A stretch of 64,000 nt of DNA from Leptospiraceae bacterium (GTDB taxonomy: Bacteria > Spirochaetota > Leptospiria > Leptospirales > Leptospiraceae), in the NCBI GenBank assembly GCA_024233835.1, contig JACKPC010000001.1:1669442-1733441 (forward strand), read 5' to 3'. This document shows positions 19,419 through 29,160 of the stretch, piece by piece. The notes beneath the pieces were generated by a model that made no database searches, was not told the origin of the DNA, and saw only the letters and a list, made by a program, of their open reading frames with translations. A program made the position numbers and the translations under genes. Every line of letters begins with the position of its first letter. Within the stretch, counting starts at the first letter, position 1.

Positions 19419-21128
19419 GTGACAGGCACTCAATCAAATCACAAAAGAAAAAGTAACGAGGCTCGAGCTTTTTCTTATCGGGATAAGAACTTTTTCTCCC
19501 GCTTCTTGCTTGTCTATTTCTTTTATATCAAACATATTTTCTTGCTTATCTGGCATTTTAAAGTTGCCCGTCGAATTTATAGTAAGGAAGTGTATTCTTT
19601 ACGAGAAGAAAAACTGTATACCCTTCTGGGGGAGAGACTAAAAGATTTATTTATAAAACTCGGGGGAGTTTATATCAAGCTGGGACAGTTTTTGTCGAAC
19701 CTGATTCATATTCTTCCCGAAGTTTTTACCTCCCGCTTACAGGATTTGCAGGACAGACTACCCGCCCATTCTTTTGAAGAAATCGAAGAACGTTTTAAGA
19801 AAGAGTTCCAGGTTTCTATTGAAACGGCTTTTCCTCAGATTGAAAAAATACCTCTAGCTTCTGCCTCTATGGCTCAGGTTCATATAGCCTGGATTAATGA
19901 ACAAAAGGTCGCGGTTAAAATCCTGTATCCGGACATTGAAAAAGTGGTGGAGAAGGATTTAAAAACCATTCTCTTCATTATGAAGCGATTAAACCGCCTC
20001 ATTTTTCATTTTGATTACAGGCGTCTTCATCGGGAAGTCGAGGAATCTATTTCCAGGGAAATGGATCTTTCTCTGGAAGCAGAGGCCATTTTAAAGATGA
20101 CCCGTCTTTTTCAGAACGAAAAGGATATTATTTTTCCGGAAGTTTATCATAAGTATATCAGTAAGGGAGTGCTTGTAACTCGTTTTGTTGAAGGAGTGAA
20201 AATTTCCGATACCCTGAGTGCCCGTTACAAGAATTCTAAGCGTTCCAAACCCCTCGCACTTTTATTACGGGCTTATATTTTAATGATATTCAAGCACCGT
20301 TTTTTTCATGCAGATCCACACCCCGGAAACCTGATTTATACTCCGGAGGGGAAGCTCTGTTTTATTGATTTTGGCTCGGTCGGGCAAATACCTGAGTCCA
20401 TGCAACAGGGACTGCGTAAGCTTCTTGTATCGGCTGTTCGGCAGGATTATTACGGGGTAATAGACTCCATGGAAGACATGGGCTTTTTTTCTACAGAAGC
20501 CAATAAAGAGCAACTGGAGCAAATTGCCAAATATGCTATTGAGAGCTTAAACAAGTTTACTACAGACACCGAGTATTTTCGGAATATTTCTCTTGAGCAG
20601 ATGAAGCCGGGAGAGATGAGGGAGTTTTTAAAAGGAATCAATACAAGTCTCGGACAGCTTTTGAAAATTGCCCGTATTCCACCGAACTATATTCTTTTAG
20701 AAAGAGTATTTGCCATGCTGGTCGGTCATGCAGCCTGGCTGGATCCATATAGAACGGTTTTTGATTACGCAAAACAACCTTTTTTCTCTCTGGTGGGTGG
20801 AGATGAGTCCCGTCTGGCAGAGATTGCAAGAGAAGAGGGGATGGATATAGCGGCAGATGCCCTTTCTTTACCTTCCGATTTACACCATGCTTTAGTGAAG
20901 TTGAATCGGGGAAGGATTACCTTCCGAAATTCTGATATTGAAAAGCAGACCAGGGTGATAGAAATTCTGGTTCATCAGCTTATCTATACGGCCCTATTTT
21001 TAGGACTTCTGCACTTTGGAAACTTTTTCTTTGAGAAAAAAGAATTCTTTAGTTCTTATATTTTTTATTTTATTTCCGGTTTCTTTGGTTTGAAACTTAT
21101 ACTCTCCCTATTTAAAAACCGAAAATGA
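19419..21128 (+). CDS. ABC1/UbiB-family atypical protein kinase
   Basis: Motifs LGQFLS, ASASMAQVH, AVKILYP, FHADPHPGNL and IDFG, with C-terminal TM segments. The true start is probably downstream of the annotated Met. Confidence 0.8.
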   Translation: MTGTQSNHKRKSNEARAFSYRDKNFFSRFLLVYFFYIKHIFLLIWHFKVARRIYSKEVYSLREEKLYTLLGERLKDLFIKLGGVYIKLGQFLSNLIHILPEVFTSRLQDLQDRLPAHSFEEIEERFKKEFQVSIETAFPQIEKIPLASASMAQVHIAWINEQKVAVKILYPDIEKVVEKDLKTILFIMKRLNRLIFHFDYRRLHREVEESISREMDLSLEAEAILKMTRLFQNEKDIIFPEVYHKYISKGVLVTRFVEGVKISDTLSARYKNSKRSKPLALLLRAYILMIFKHRFFHADPHPGNLIYTPEGKLCFIDFGSVGQIPESMQQGLRKLLVSAVRQDYYGVIDSMEDMGFFSTEANKEQLEQIAKYAIESLNKFTTDTEYFRNISLEQMKPGEMREFLKGINTSLGQLLKIARIPPNYILLERVFAMLVGHAAWLDPYRTVFDYAKQPFFSLVGGDESRLAEIAREEGMDIAADALSLPSDLHHALVKLNRGRITFRNSDIEKQTRVIEILVHQLIYTALFLGLLHFGNFFFEKKEFFSSYIFYFISGFFGLKLILSLFKNRK

Positions 21129-21194
21129 CATTTTTCGATTATCGATAGAAGTAAAAGATAGACGAAATGATATAAACTGTAAAAAGAGGATCTA

Positions 21195-21779
21195 ATGCCA
21201 GTTTTTAAAAAGAGTTTTTGGGAGGTCTTCCGTCCTTCCTACCTGATCTTTATTGCGATTGGGGTTTTTATCGACCTTTTAAGCAAATATTTAATCGTTC
21301 AAAACTTTAAACTTCACGATGGTCTGGATGTCTTCGGTGGAGTTTTTCGTATAACTCTGACATTTAACACCGGTTATGTTTTTGGTCTATTTCAGGATAA
21401 TCTCCTTCCCTCGATTATTACTACAGGTATTGCCATTATAATCCTGTTTATATACAGACTGGCATTCCACGATCAGGGAAATGCCTGGGGATGGAACCTC
21501 GTGCTGGTAGGGGCATTCGGTAATTTTATTGATAAGTTTTTCGTGAAAATGCCACCGGGAAGAGGAATTAAATTTGGCATTACTACGAATCTGGCCAAGG
21601 GAGAATATGCCGGAGTCGTGGACTTTTTAGATTTTGATTGGCCCGATTTTTTATATTTTGAAAGATGGCCGGCCTTTAATTTTGCGGACTCCTGTATTTC
21701 CGTAGGATTGGTTATTTTAATTATTTCTATGCATCTTGAAGAAAGAAGAAAGGCTAAGGAAGGAATACATGAAAATTAA
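21195..21779 (+). CDS. lspA: Lipoprotein signal peptidase (signal peptidase II)
   Basis: LspA motifs ([43 protein letters not shown]) and four TM segments. Confidence 0.8.
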   Translation: MPVFKKSFWEVFRPSYLIFIAIGVFIDLLSKYLIVQNFKLHDGLDVFGGVFRITLTFNTGYVFGLFQDNLLPSIITTGIAIIILFIYRLAFHDQGNAWGWNLVLVGAFGNFIDKFFVKMPPGRGIKFGITTNLAKGEYAGVVDFLDFDWPDFLYFERWPAFNFADSCISVGLVILIISMHLEERRKAKEGIHEN

Positions 21780-22683
21780 TTATATAAATTCCAATGATGT
21801 AAAACTTCTGGTGAAAACCAGTGTACCGGAGAATTTGGAAGAGAAGCCGGAAACCCTCCTTTTTTTGCACGGTTACCCGGATAATCACAAAACCTGGTCT
21901 CATCAAATTGAATCCTTTAAAGACAATTACCGGATCATTGTTTTTGATATTCGGGGTTGCGGAGGTTCAACTCCTCCTCCCAGTCGTAAAGGATACCATA
22001 TCGACCACCTTATGCAGGATGTGGATAATGTGTTGAATGTTTTCTTAGAAAAAGATGAGAAAGTGCATTTAGTGGGTCATGACTGGGGAGCTATTATCTT
22101 TTGGTCTTATATTTCTATTCCTTCTTATGCTAAACGTGTGGCTTCTTTCACCGCTATTTGTGGACCGCATCCTACCCTGGCTCTAAAAAATCTTTATGAT
22201 AATATAAAGAGCTTTGATCCCTTTAATTTATTTGCTACTATTGATCAATTAGCCAAGTCCTGGTATGTTGCTTTTTTACAAATTCCCCGGATTCCCGAAT
22301 TTCTTCTTTATTCTTCTCCGGAGATGATGTGGAATATCCTGTTTTCTCAAAGCGGTCTTCCCGAATCAGATGATATTCGTCATTTCAGCCGGGAAGAAAT
22401 CCTTTCTACTTCTGTAGGGCCGATAAACCTGTACCGTGAATTAATACAGGGAGGGCTTCCACCCTTACCCGAAGAACCTATTGCTGTACCGATAACCGTG
22501 ATAGGGGCAGAAAAGGATTTAGCGATTACTAAATTAGCCTATGAAAATATAGATAAAATTGCCAGGCAGGTAGATATTCGTTATATTGATGCTAACCACT
22601 GGATTCACAGGGAGAAATCTGCAGATGTTAATAAGTTAATTTCTATTTTCTTAAAGAGGATTGCTCTACGTAAAAATACATGA
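21769..22683 (+). CDS. Alpha/beta-fold hydrolase
   Basis: [16 protein letters not shown] box, nucleophile elbow GHDWGA, C-terminal His region. The start is taken at MKINY, overlapping the lspA end. Confidence 0.75.
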   Translation: MKINYINSNDVKLLVKTSVPENLEEKPETLLFLHGYPDNHKTWSHQIESFKDNYRIIVFDIRGCGGSTPPPSRKGYHIDHLMQDVDNVLNVFLEKDEKVHLVGHDWGAIIFWSYISIPSYAKRVASFTAICGPHPTLALKNLYDNIKSFDPFNLFATIDQLAKSWYVAFLQIPRIPEFLLYSSPEMMWNILFSQSGLPESDDIRHFSREEILSTSVGPINLYRELIQGGLPPLPEEPIAVPITVIGAEKDLAITKLAYENIDKIARQVDIRYIDANHWIHREKSADVNKLISIFLKRIALRKNT

Positions 22684-23165
22684 AAAGAAGTTTAGTATTT
22701 TTGTTTTTTCTCCTCACTCTATCTCTTGAGGCAGGTTTTATTGGCTGGGTAAAATATACCGGAAAAGTTCCGCATCGGGCTAAATGGGTGGGTCTGGAAG
22801 AAAGGTTTCCGGATGGTAGTAAAAAAGAAGTTTATATCTGTCGGGCCGAGTACAAAGATATTCTTCATCCCGGAAGGATGAGAGACGGAAAGTGTATTAT
22901 TTCGGTAGATGGAAAGGAGATCCTCTTTTCCGAATTTGAACTTTTTTTTCATGGTAGTGAAGTGAGTTTAAAAGCTTTTAAAGGGAATACACCAAAAAAT
23001 GCTATAACTGCCGGAGGAAGTATCGGAAATCTCTTTTTTCTTTGTGTCTTGAAACACAATGGAAGCTGGTTACCCGGTAAGTTATACGAAAATGAATGTA
23101 AAATCGGTTATGGTGGAACCGAGCTTTCTTTCAAGGAAAAGTTTTATGTGCTTGTTAAAAAGTAA
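22680..23165 (+). CDS. Secreted DM9-repeat protein (DUF3421 family)
   Basis: Signal peptide, then two DM9-like repeats (VPHRAKWVG...VYICRAEYKDILHPGRM.DGKCIISVDGKE and NAITAGGSIGNLFFLCVLKHNGSWLPGKLYENECKIGYGGTE...FYVLV). Confidence 0.6.
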   Translation: MKRSLVFLFFLLTLSLEAGFIGWVKYTGKVPHRAKWVGLEERFPDGSKKEVYICRAEYKDILHPGRMRDGKCIISVDGKEILFSEFELFFHGSEVSLKAFKGNTPKNAITAGGSIGNLFFLCVLKHNGSWLPGKLYENECKIGYGGTELSFKEKFYVLVKK

Positions 23166-23287
23166 AATTTCTCAGATGAGATAAAGCATTTTTTATAGGG
23201 AGATTATCTGAAATTTATTCTTGAAATAAATTAACTTTCTTTTACTATGAACCTGTTCTACTATCTTAATTTTATAATTGAAAGCGA

Positions 23288-24379
23288 ATGATTTTTTTAA
23301 AACCCAGAAAATTGACTCATGGTCATGAGATTCTTCGAACCTCTAATGCTACCCTTATTTATTTGGGTTCTGCCAGCTTTCATTTTTCCTATAAGTTAAA
23401 AAGCCGTCTTTTTTTTGGTTCTCTGGATTTTAAAAAGCGGCGTTTCCAATTGATTCCTCTTTTCTTATCAGCTTTTTCTATTACTGCTTTTTTGGGCTTT
23501 GGACCCATTCATACTTCAGCCGGTTTAAAGCCGGATCCGATTCTTTCTAATACGGAAGCCGTAGAAAATGATATACGGGATATGGAAGCAAAAAATGCGG
23601 ATGATATCTACCTGCGGGAAACAGAAGAGCAAAAGCGTGCTATTTTGAATGCCTCTGAAGATGACAATGAGTTCATGAAAAAGACCCATTATACCATTAA
23701 AACAGGGGAAAACCTTAACAGTGTCCTGAAGAAATTTAACCTGAAAGCAGAAGAGCTGGAAGTAAAAAAAGGAAGAAAATATAATTTAAAACCCGGTGAC
23801 GTTGTGCTTTTACCGGGAAGAAACGGACTTATTCATACCATGAAAAAGGGAGAAAGTCTGGCACGACTGATAGATCAGTACGGTCTTTCGGTAAGAGATG
23901 TTCTTATTGAGAATAAGCTGGGAAGTGCAGATATTTTTGAACCGGGGGATAAAGTGTTTCTTCCGGGAGCAGTTGCTCCTGTACCGGAACCTACCTGGTA
24001 TTTACCGGTATCTTCAAGGGTGATAACTTCCGATTATGCTTACAGAACCTATCCTCGTTCTCACTTTCATGATGCTTTAGATTTAAAGGCCAATTATGAA
24101 TCTGTGAAAGCAGCCCGTTCCGGTAAAATTATTTATAGTGGCTGGATGGGTGGTTACGGAAATGTAATTATTATACAGCATACCGATAATTTTAAAACTC
24201 TATATGCCCATAATTCTAAGCTTTATGTGAAGCGGGGAGACAAAATACAGGGGGGAAGAGTAATTTCTCGTTCCGGCTGTACCGGTTATTGTTTTGGAGC
24301 CCACTTACACTTTGAGGTCATAAAAAACGGGAAAACCGTTGACCCCAAGAAATACTTGAAAGGTCTTAGATATAAATAA
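23288..24379 (+). CDS. M23-family metallopeptidase with two LysM domains
   Basis: LysM motifs (YTIKTGENLNSVLKKFNL and HTMKKGESLARLIDQYGL). M23 catalytic HxxxD/HLH motifs (HDALD, YAHNSKLYVKRGDKI, GAHLHFEV). Confidence 0.8.
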   Translation: MIFLKPRKLTHGHEILRTSNATLIYLGSASFHFSYKLKSRLFFGSLDFKKRRFQLIPLFLSAFSITAFLGFGPIHTSAGLKPDPILSNTEAVENDIRDMEAKNADDIYLRETEEQKRAILNASEDDNEFMKKTHYTIKTGENLNSVLKKFNLKAEELEVKKGRKYNLKPGDVVLLPGRNGLIHTMKKGESLARLIDQYGLSVRDVLIENKLGSADIFEPGDKVFLPGAVAPVPEPTWYLPVSSRVITSDYAYRTYPRSHFHDALDLKANYESVKAARSGKIIYSGWMGGYGNVIIIQHTDNFKTLYAHNSKLYVKRGDKIQGGRVISRSGCTGYCFGAHLHFEVIKNGKTVDPKKYLKGLRYK

Positions 24380-24396
24380 GATCTTTTGGAGTGTGT

Positions 24397-25509
24397 ATGA
24401 AAAAAATCCTATCTGTGTCCTTTTTTGTAACGACACTTATCGTGCAGAGCTGTTGTACGACGAATACAAATATAATTCCGAAAAAGGCAGATGCAAACGC
24501 AGTTAAAGAATATCTGAATGAAAGAATAAACCAACCTTTTGATAGAACCCAGACCCTTCCGGTTGTTTTTGCAACGAATCGGCGTATTGTATCCGGAACC
24601 TCGGTTCCAAAGTGTTCCAATAGTTACTTTTCCCCCAATTTTAATGAAGGTACGAGCTACGGGGTTTGTGATATCAGCGTTCCTATGAAACATGAAATTG
24701 GAACCCTTGATTCCAATCAGGATGGAGATTCTAACCAGTATTTTAAGTTTACTGATTTTACTCCCATCACCTCCACTCAGTGGATAGAAAAAGTAAAAAA
24801 CAGTAAACATGACGAAGTCATATTATTTGTTCATGGATTTAATGTTTTATTTGAGGAAGCTGTTTTAAGAGCTGCTCAGATGAAATATGACCTGAAGTTT
24901 CCCGGAGAAATCGTCCTGTATACCTGGCCTGCGGGACCTACGGGAGGTATCTTTGAGAAGTTGAATATTAATGGAACCTACAAAGCGAATCAACAAAATG
25001 CAAAGGGTACTATTCCGATGGTAAAACAAATTCTTAGAGATATTAGTTCTACAGGAAAGAAAGTGCATGTGATCGTGCATTCTATGGGACACCAGATTGT
25101 CCTTCCTGCTATTTCGGAATTATCTAAAGAGAAGCCCGATTCTTTTATAGAAGAATTAATATTGAATGCTCCTGATTTTCCTACAACTGAATTTCATTCT
25201 ATCAAAGGAAACCTGAAGAAAGCGTCCAAGCGAATTACGGTTTATTGTTCACCCGGCGATAAGGCCCTTGTAGCTTCCAGGCAGGTGAATGAGAATGAAA
25301 GAATTGGTTCCTGTGAAAAAATTTCCGGTGTAGATATGATTAATGTGAACGAGGTAGATGATTCTTTGATAGGCTTAAATCATGGTTATTATTCTTCTCG
25401 CCAGATTTTGACTGATCTGTATCAACTTTTACTCGGAGTAGATGCACAGAGAAGGCTCTTTATTCGTAATTCTCCTTCATCCAAAGAAGATTATATATTA
25501 AGAAAATAG
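24397..25509 (+). CDS. Lipoprotein, alpha/beta hydrolase of the DUF900 type
   Basis: Lipobox-like LIVQSC, then ILFVHGFNVLFEEAV...LYTWPAG...VHVIVHSMGHQI, consistent with the DUF900/PF05990 pattern. Confidence 0.55.
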   Translation: MKKILSVSFFVTTLIVQSCCTTNTNIIPKKADANAVKEYLNERINQPFDRTQTLPVVFATNRRIVSGTSVPKCSNSYFSPNFNEGTSYGVCDISVPMKHEIGTLDSNQDGDSNQYFKFTDFTPITSTQWIEKVKNSKHDEVILFVHGFNVLFEEAVLRAAQMKYDLKFPGEIVLYTWPAGPTGGIFEKLNINGTYKANQQNAKGTIPMVKQILRDISSTGKKVHVIVHSMGHQIVLPAISELSKEKPDSFIEELILNAPDFPTTEFHSIKGNLKKASKRITVYCSPGDKALVASRQVNENERIGSCEKISGVDMINVNEVDDSLIGLNHGYYSSRQILTDLYQLLLGVDAQRRLFIRNSPSSKEDYILRK

Positions 25510-25522
25510 AATATTTCCTATA

Positions 25523-25543
25523 CAGCGGGCTTTTTGCCTGCTG
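25523..25543. terminator. Hairpin (CAGCGGGC-TTTTT-GCCTGCTG) between convergent genes, a possible bidirectional terminator
   Basis: Imperfect 8 bp stem and 5 nt loop in the 54 nt gap between the 24397..25509 (+) and 25564..25956 (-) genes. There is no strong U-tract. Confidence 0.25.
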
Positions 25544-25563
25544 TTCATTAATATCAGTATAGA

Positions 25564-25956
25564 CTATTTTTGTTCAAAGGGTCTTGTATCTGAGGACATA
25601 GGGTAAATCCAGCGAGTAGTATAAGATAGAACAAAAATCAGAGGAGTGGCTAAAGTTTTTGGAACGGCAATTGTTCTTTCTAACATAATATTTCTTCCAT
25701 TTCCTCGAAGAAAAAAATAATCCGCTGCATCGATTCCGGCATCGGGAATAATTTCTATACTGTGAATGCTCTGATCAATGACTCCGCAAACGGCAAAAGC
25801 ACCCAGATGAATTGGCCAGATGACAAGGTTTACAGTTAATGAATCCGGTATTGCATTTTCGGCATAGGCTTTTGTAAATCTCGGATTATGCCAGTAGCCA
25901 CATTGGCTTAGAATTGAACAGAAGAAGATAAGTAAACTAATTTTGAATGTCTTCAT
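25564..25956 (-). CDS. Putative lipoprotein, tandem paralog 3 of 3
   Basis: Signal peptide with Cys (FFCSILSQCG). Shares an x-I-D-x4-H-x4-P core with the two upstream paralogs. Confidence 0.45.
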   Translation of the reverse strand: MKTFKISLLIFFCSILSQCGYWHNPRFTKAYAENAIPDSLTVNLVIWPIHLGAFAVCGVIDQSIHSIEIIPDAGIDAADYFFLRGNGRNIMLERTIAVPKTLATPLIFVLSYTTRWIYPMSSDTRPFEQK

Positions 25957-26389
25957 CGGTCTTTTCCTTTATCGGGCCTAAGAGTTTTCCGTTCATATCT
26001 CTTTCCCATTGTTTTCCCCATTCCGGCCAGTATTCGCTATCTCCCACGAAGACTGTACTCAGCATCCAATAGCTAACAGAGAAAACAGGGAGAAGAGCAA
26101 TTCGAATTGGCAGTGTACCCATGTTGGTATAATAACCAAAGTCGTGAAACAGGTAATCTTCGGAACGTCTATATGTTTTAGGTAAATGAACAGCCGGAGC
26201 GATGAGGAAGTTATCTATGCTTAAAGTAAGCACACAGGCCGGGATATAAACCGGGGTCATAAGCCACTGTCCGGTACGATGATTGGGAGTGATTTTTCTG
26301 TCCAACCAGTTGGTACTGGATAAATGGTTTACATTAGTAAGTGCGCAGGATTGAAAAAGAAATAGAAGACTTATTATTAGTTTACGCAT
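25937..26389 (-). CDS. Putative lipoprotein, tandem paralog 2 of 3
   Basis: Signal peptide LFLFQSCA. A paralogous core (LTLSIDNFLIAPAVHLP). Overlaps its neighbours by 1-20 nt. Confidence 0.45.
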   Translation of the reverse strand: MRKLIISLLFLFQSCALTNVNHLSSTNWLDRKITPNHRTGQWLMTPVYIPACVLTLSIDNFLIAPAVHLPKTYRRSEDYLFHDFGYYTNMGTLPIRIALLPVFSVSYWMLSTVFVGDSEYWPEWGKQWERDMNGKLLGPIKEKTDEDIQN

Positions 26390-26775
26390 TAGATTGTACC
26401 ACAGGAATAAGGGATGGGAATGGAGGTTCTAAAAACTTCAGAACCTGCAAAGGTAGCCAGCATGGTAACGATTCTCATCGGAAATACAATAAGTTCTAAA
26501 ATATAAGTATTCGGAACTTCTTTAAAAGCCCAGAGAGAGTCATCTATTGCACAGGGCAGACTGAAAAAAGGGTGTAGAACCAGTCCGTCGATCATAAAAG
26601 CAGTAAAGCCAATTGGAATACTGATAGGAGAAAGAGCTATCTTTGCAGTGGTCGTTTTGGGAGTAAAACCTGCATCAAGTCCCTGTAGAATAACCCGGTT
26701 CTTTTGATCCAGCACCGCACAGGAATGGATGAGCAGTAATAAGAGTATTAGAAATCCTTGCTTCACAGGATACAT
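26389..26775 (-). CDS. Putative lipoprotein, tandem paralog 1 of 3
   Basis: Signal peptide LLLLLIHSCA and a paralogous core (IGFTAFMIDGLVLHPFFSLP). Confidence 0.45.
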   Translation of the reverse strand: MYPVKQGFLILLLLLIHSCAVLDQKNRVILQGLDAGFTPKTTTAKIALSPISIPIGFTAFMIDGLVLHPFFSLPCAIDDSLWAFKEVPNTYILELIVFPMRIVTMLATFAGSEVFRTSIPIPYSCGTI

Positions 26776-26922
26776 ATAAAGTTTAAAAGAAATTTGAAAA
26801 GACTTTTTTATTCTGATATGTTTTTGCTTGGGGAAATAAACAAGAAAAGATATTCTTCGTATTTCCCCTTGAAAGAATTCTGCCTGATTAGAAGCTTGTA
26901 GATAAAAAGGAGCTTTTAGTTT

Positions 26923-28041
26923 ATGAAAATTTCCTCATTTTCTCCACCGGATAGAATGCTTATGGGTCCTGGACCTTCGGATGTTCATCACAGGGTATTA
27001 CATGCAATGGCAAGACCGACTGTGGGGCATCTTGATCCGGAATTCAGCCAGATGATGGAAAGTTTGAAAGAAATGCTTCGTGAATTATTTCAGACAAGAA
27101 ATAAAGTCACATTTCCCCTCTCCGGCCCGGGAAGTCTTGGTATGGAGTTTTGCTTTGTAAATCTCCTCGAATCCGGTGATAAAGCCATCGTTTGTCGAAA
27201 CGGTGTCTTCGGGTTACGCATGTCGGAAAATGTAGAGAGATGTGGTGGGAATGTGATTCCGGTTAATGATGAATGGACAAAACCTGTAGATCCCGAAAAA
27301 GTAAAAGAAGCTATACGACAGAATCCTGAAGCAAAACTTGTTGCTTTTGTTCATGCAGAAACTTCCACCGGCGCCAGAACAGATGCAGAAGCTATTTGTC
27401 GTATTGCAAAAGAGGCCGGAATGCTTACAGTTGTGGATGTGGTGACATCTCTTGCCGGTATTCCGGTAAAAGTTGATGAATGGCAAATCGATGCGGCCTA
27501 TTCAGGAACCCAGAAATGCCTTTCCTGTACCCCCGGAATTTCACCTGTTACTTTCAGTGAAGATGCGGTCAGTATCGTAAAGCAAAGAAAGAGAAAAGTT
27601 CAAAACTGGTTTTTAGATCTACAACAGCTTCTTTCTTATTGGGATGGAAGTTCAGGACGTACCTATCACCACACGGCTCCTGTTAATGCACTTTATGGTT
27701 TACATGAATCTTTAGTAATGGTTTTAGAAGAAGGTTTGCAGGCAGTGTTTCAAAGACATGAAAAGGCTTATCTGCAACTAAAAAAAGGTCTACAAAAACT
27801 GGGAATCGAATATGCTGTGGAAGAAGAATATTGTCTTTACCCTCTAAATGCAGTGAAAATTCCGAAAGGTATCGATGAGGCCGGTATTCGAAAAAAACTT
27901 CTTCTTGAATATGGAATCGAAATCGGGGCGGGACTCGGAGCCTTTGCCGGAAAGATCTGGAGAATCGGTTTAATGGGTAACAGTGCCAGAGAAAAAAATG
28001 TTTTACGCCTGCTCTCTGCACTTTCGGAGGTTCTTGTATAA
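26923..28041 (+). CDS. Class V pyridoxal-phosphate-dependent aminotransferase (serine-pyruvate / alanine-glyoxylate type)
   Basis: 372 aa with MLMGPGPSDV...HLDPEF, a lysine region (SGTQKCLS) and overall AGXT/SPT-like organisation. Confidence 0.8.
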   Translation: MKISSFSPPDRMLMGPGPSDVHHRVLHAMARPTVGHLDPEFSQMMESLKEMLRELFQTRNKVTFPLSGPGSLGMEFCFVNLLESGDKAIVCRNGVFGLRMSENVERCGGNVIPVNDEWTKPVDPEKVKEAIRQNPEAKLVAFVHAETSTGARTDAEAICRIAKEAGMLTVVDVVTSLAGIPVKVDEWQIDAAYSGTQKCLSCTPGISPVTFSEDAVSIVKQRKRKVQNWFLDLQQLLSYWDGSSGRTYHHTAPVNALYGLHESLVMVLEEGLQAVFQRHEKAYLQLKKGLQKLGIEYAVEEEYCLYPLNAVKIPKGIDEAGIRKKLLLEYGIEIGAGLGAFAGKIWRIGLMGNSAREKNVLRLLSALSEVLV

Positions 28042-28091
28042 ACACATACGCTTAGAATGAGGTTTATAAGATAAGATTCTTGTAAAAAGAT

Positions 28092-28880
28092 GTGCCCTTT
28101 TTTTTACTGTTTTTCATGGCCTTGCGAAAGGAAAACGGTCTGGTGCTTTATTCCAAAATCCTGAATGATGCGGATGCCATGATTACAGTTTTGGGGGACA
28201 GGTCTCCGAAACTGAAATTTATAGTCAAGGGGATAAAAAAAAGTAAAAAAAGACCTATTGCAAGTTGCGAAATAGGTTCTTTGATTTCGCTTGACTACTA
28301 CTTTCACGGGGAAAGGGATTTCTATAATGTGAAAGAGATAAATCTTATTGAGCGTTTTGATTATGCCAAATCAAGTTATCTCGAATATCTCTTGATAAAT
28401 TATTTCTGTGAGCTTTTGAATATTTTTTTAACAGAAGGAGAAATCCATGAAAGAGGTTTTAAAATTGCGTATGCCTGCTTTAATATATTAAATCGAAAAG
28501 AGTATCATCCTATACTTTTACCTTATTTTAAAGTGAAACTTCTCATGGAACTCGGCCTTATTTCTTATGAACTCGTCTGTCACGAATGTGGAAGAGAATA
28601 TAGAGAAACCTCCGGGGTTCATTTAAATCCTTATACTCTTGAAATTATCTGTCGTTCCTGTAATAATTATATACAGGAAAATACCCAGGTCGTTAATTTT
28701 ATAGATCTTGCCATACATGGGAAATATGCTATTTTAAAAGATATGAATATTCATTCTTCTTTATTGATTGAAGCTGATCACCTTTTAAATCTTTATATTC
28801 GAGCATATATTCACCGAGATATTAAAAGCGAACAAGTATTATATACACACTTGAGAGGAAAAGATGAATTCCGTAGTTAA
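28092..28880 (+). CDS. recO: DNA repair protein RecO
   Basis: 262 aa with an N-terminal OB-like region and a C-terminal CxxC...CxxC zinc motif (CHECG...CRSCNNY). Confidence 0.75.
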   Translation: MPFFLLFFMALRKENGLVLYSKILNDADAMITVLGDRSPKLKFIVKGIKKSKKRPIASCEIGSLISLDYYFHGERDFYNVKEINLIERFDYAKSSYLEYLLINYFCELLNIFLTEGEIHERGFKIAYACFNILNRKEYHPILLPYFKVKLLMELGLISYELVCHECGREYRETSGVHLNPYTLEIICRSCNNYIQENTQVVNFIDLAIHGKYAILKDMNIHSSLLIEADHLLNLYIRAYIHRDIKSEQVLYTHLRGKDEFRS

Positions 28881-29160
28881 GACTTTTATTATTTTGTTAA
28901 CGGTCGTTTTTATTTTTTTTAGTCTGATCTTTATGAATCGAAAGAAAATTAAGGAAAAAAGCAGGACTTTGCCTGTAAGCCATGCCGGAATGGGAAAACC
29001 AAAACCTATTCTTAGTATTATAAACGAATACAAATCTTCTGTCTTTGTAAACATCGAAGATGAATGGCAGCAGGTTAATTTGAATTTTGAGGATTCTTAT
29101 CAGGGATTTTTAAAAAAATTAGAAGAACGTATAAAGAGATTACAAAATGAAAGAAAATGA
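28864..29160 (+). CDS. Small membrane protein (one TM segment), unknown function
   Basis: 98 aa with a hydrophobic N-terminal segment. It sits tightly between recO and argS. Confidence 0.35.
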   Translation: MNSVVKTFIILLTVVFIFFSLIFMNRKKIKEKSRTLPVSHAGMGKPKPILSIINEYKSSVFVNIEDEWQQVNLNFEDSYQGFLKKLEERIKRLQNERK

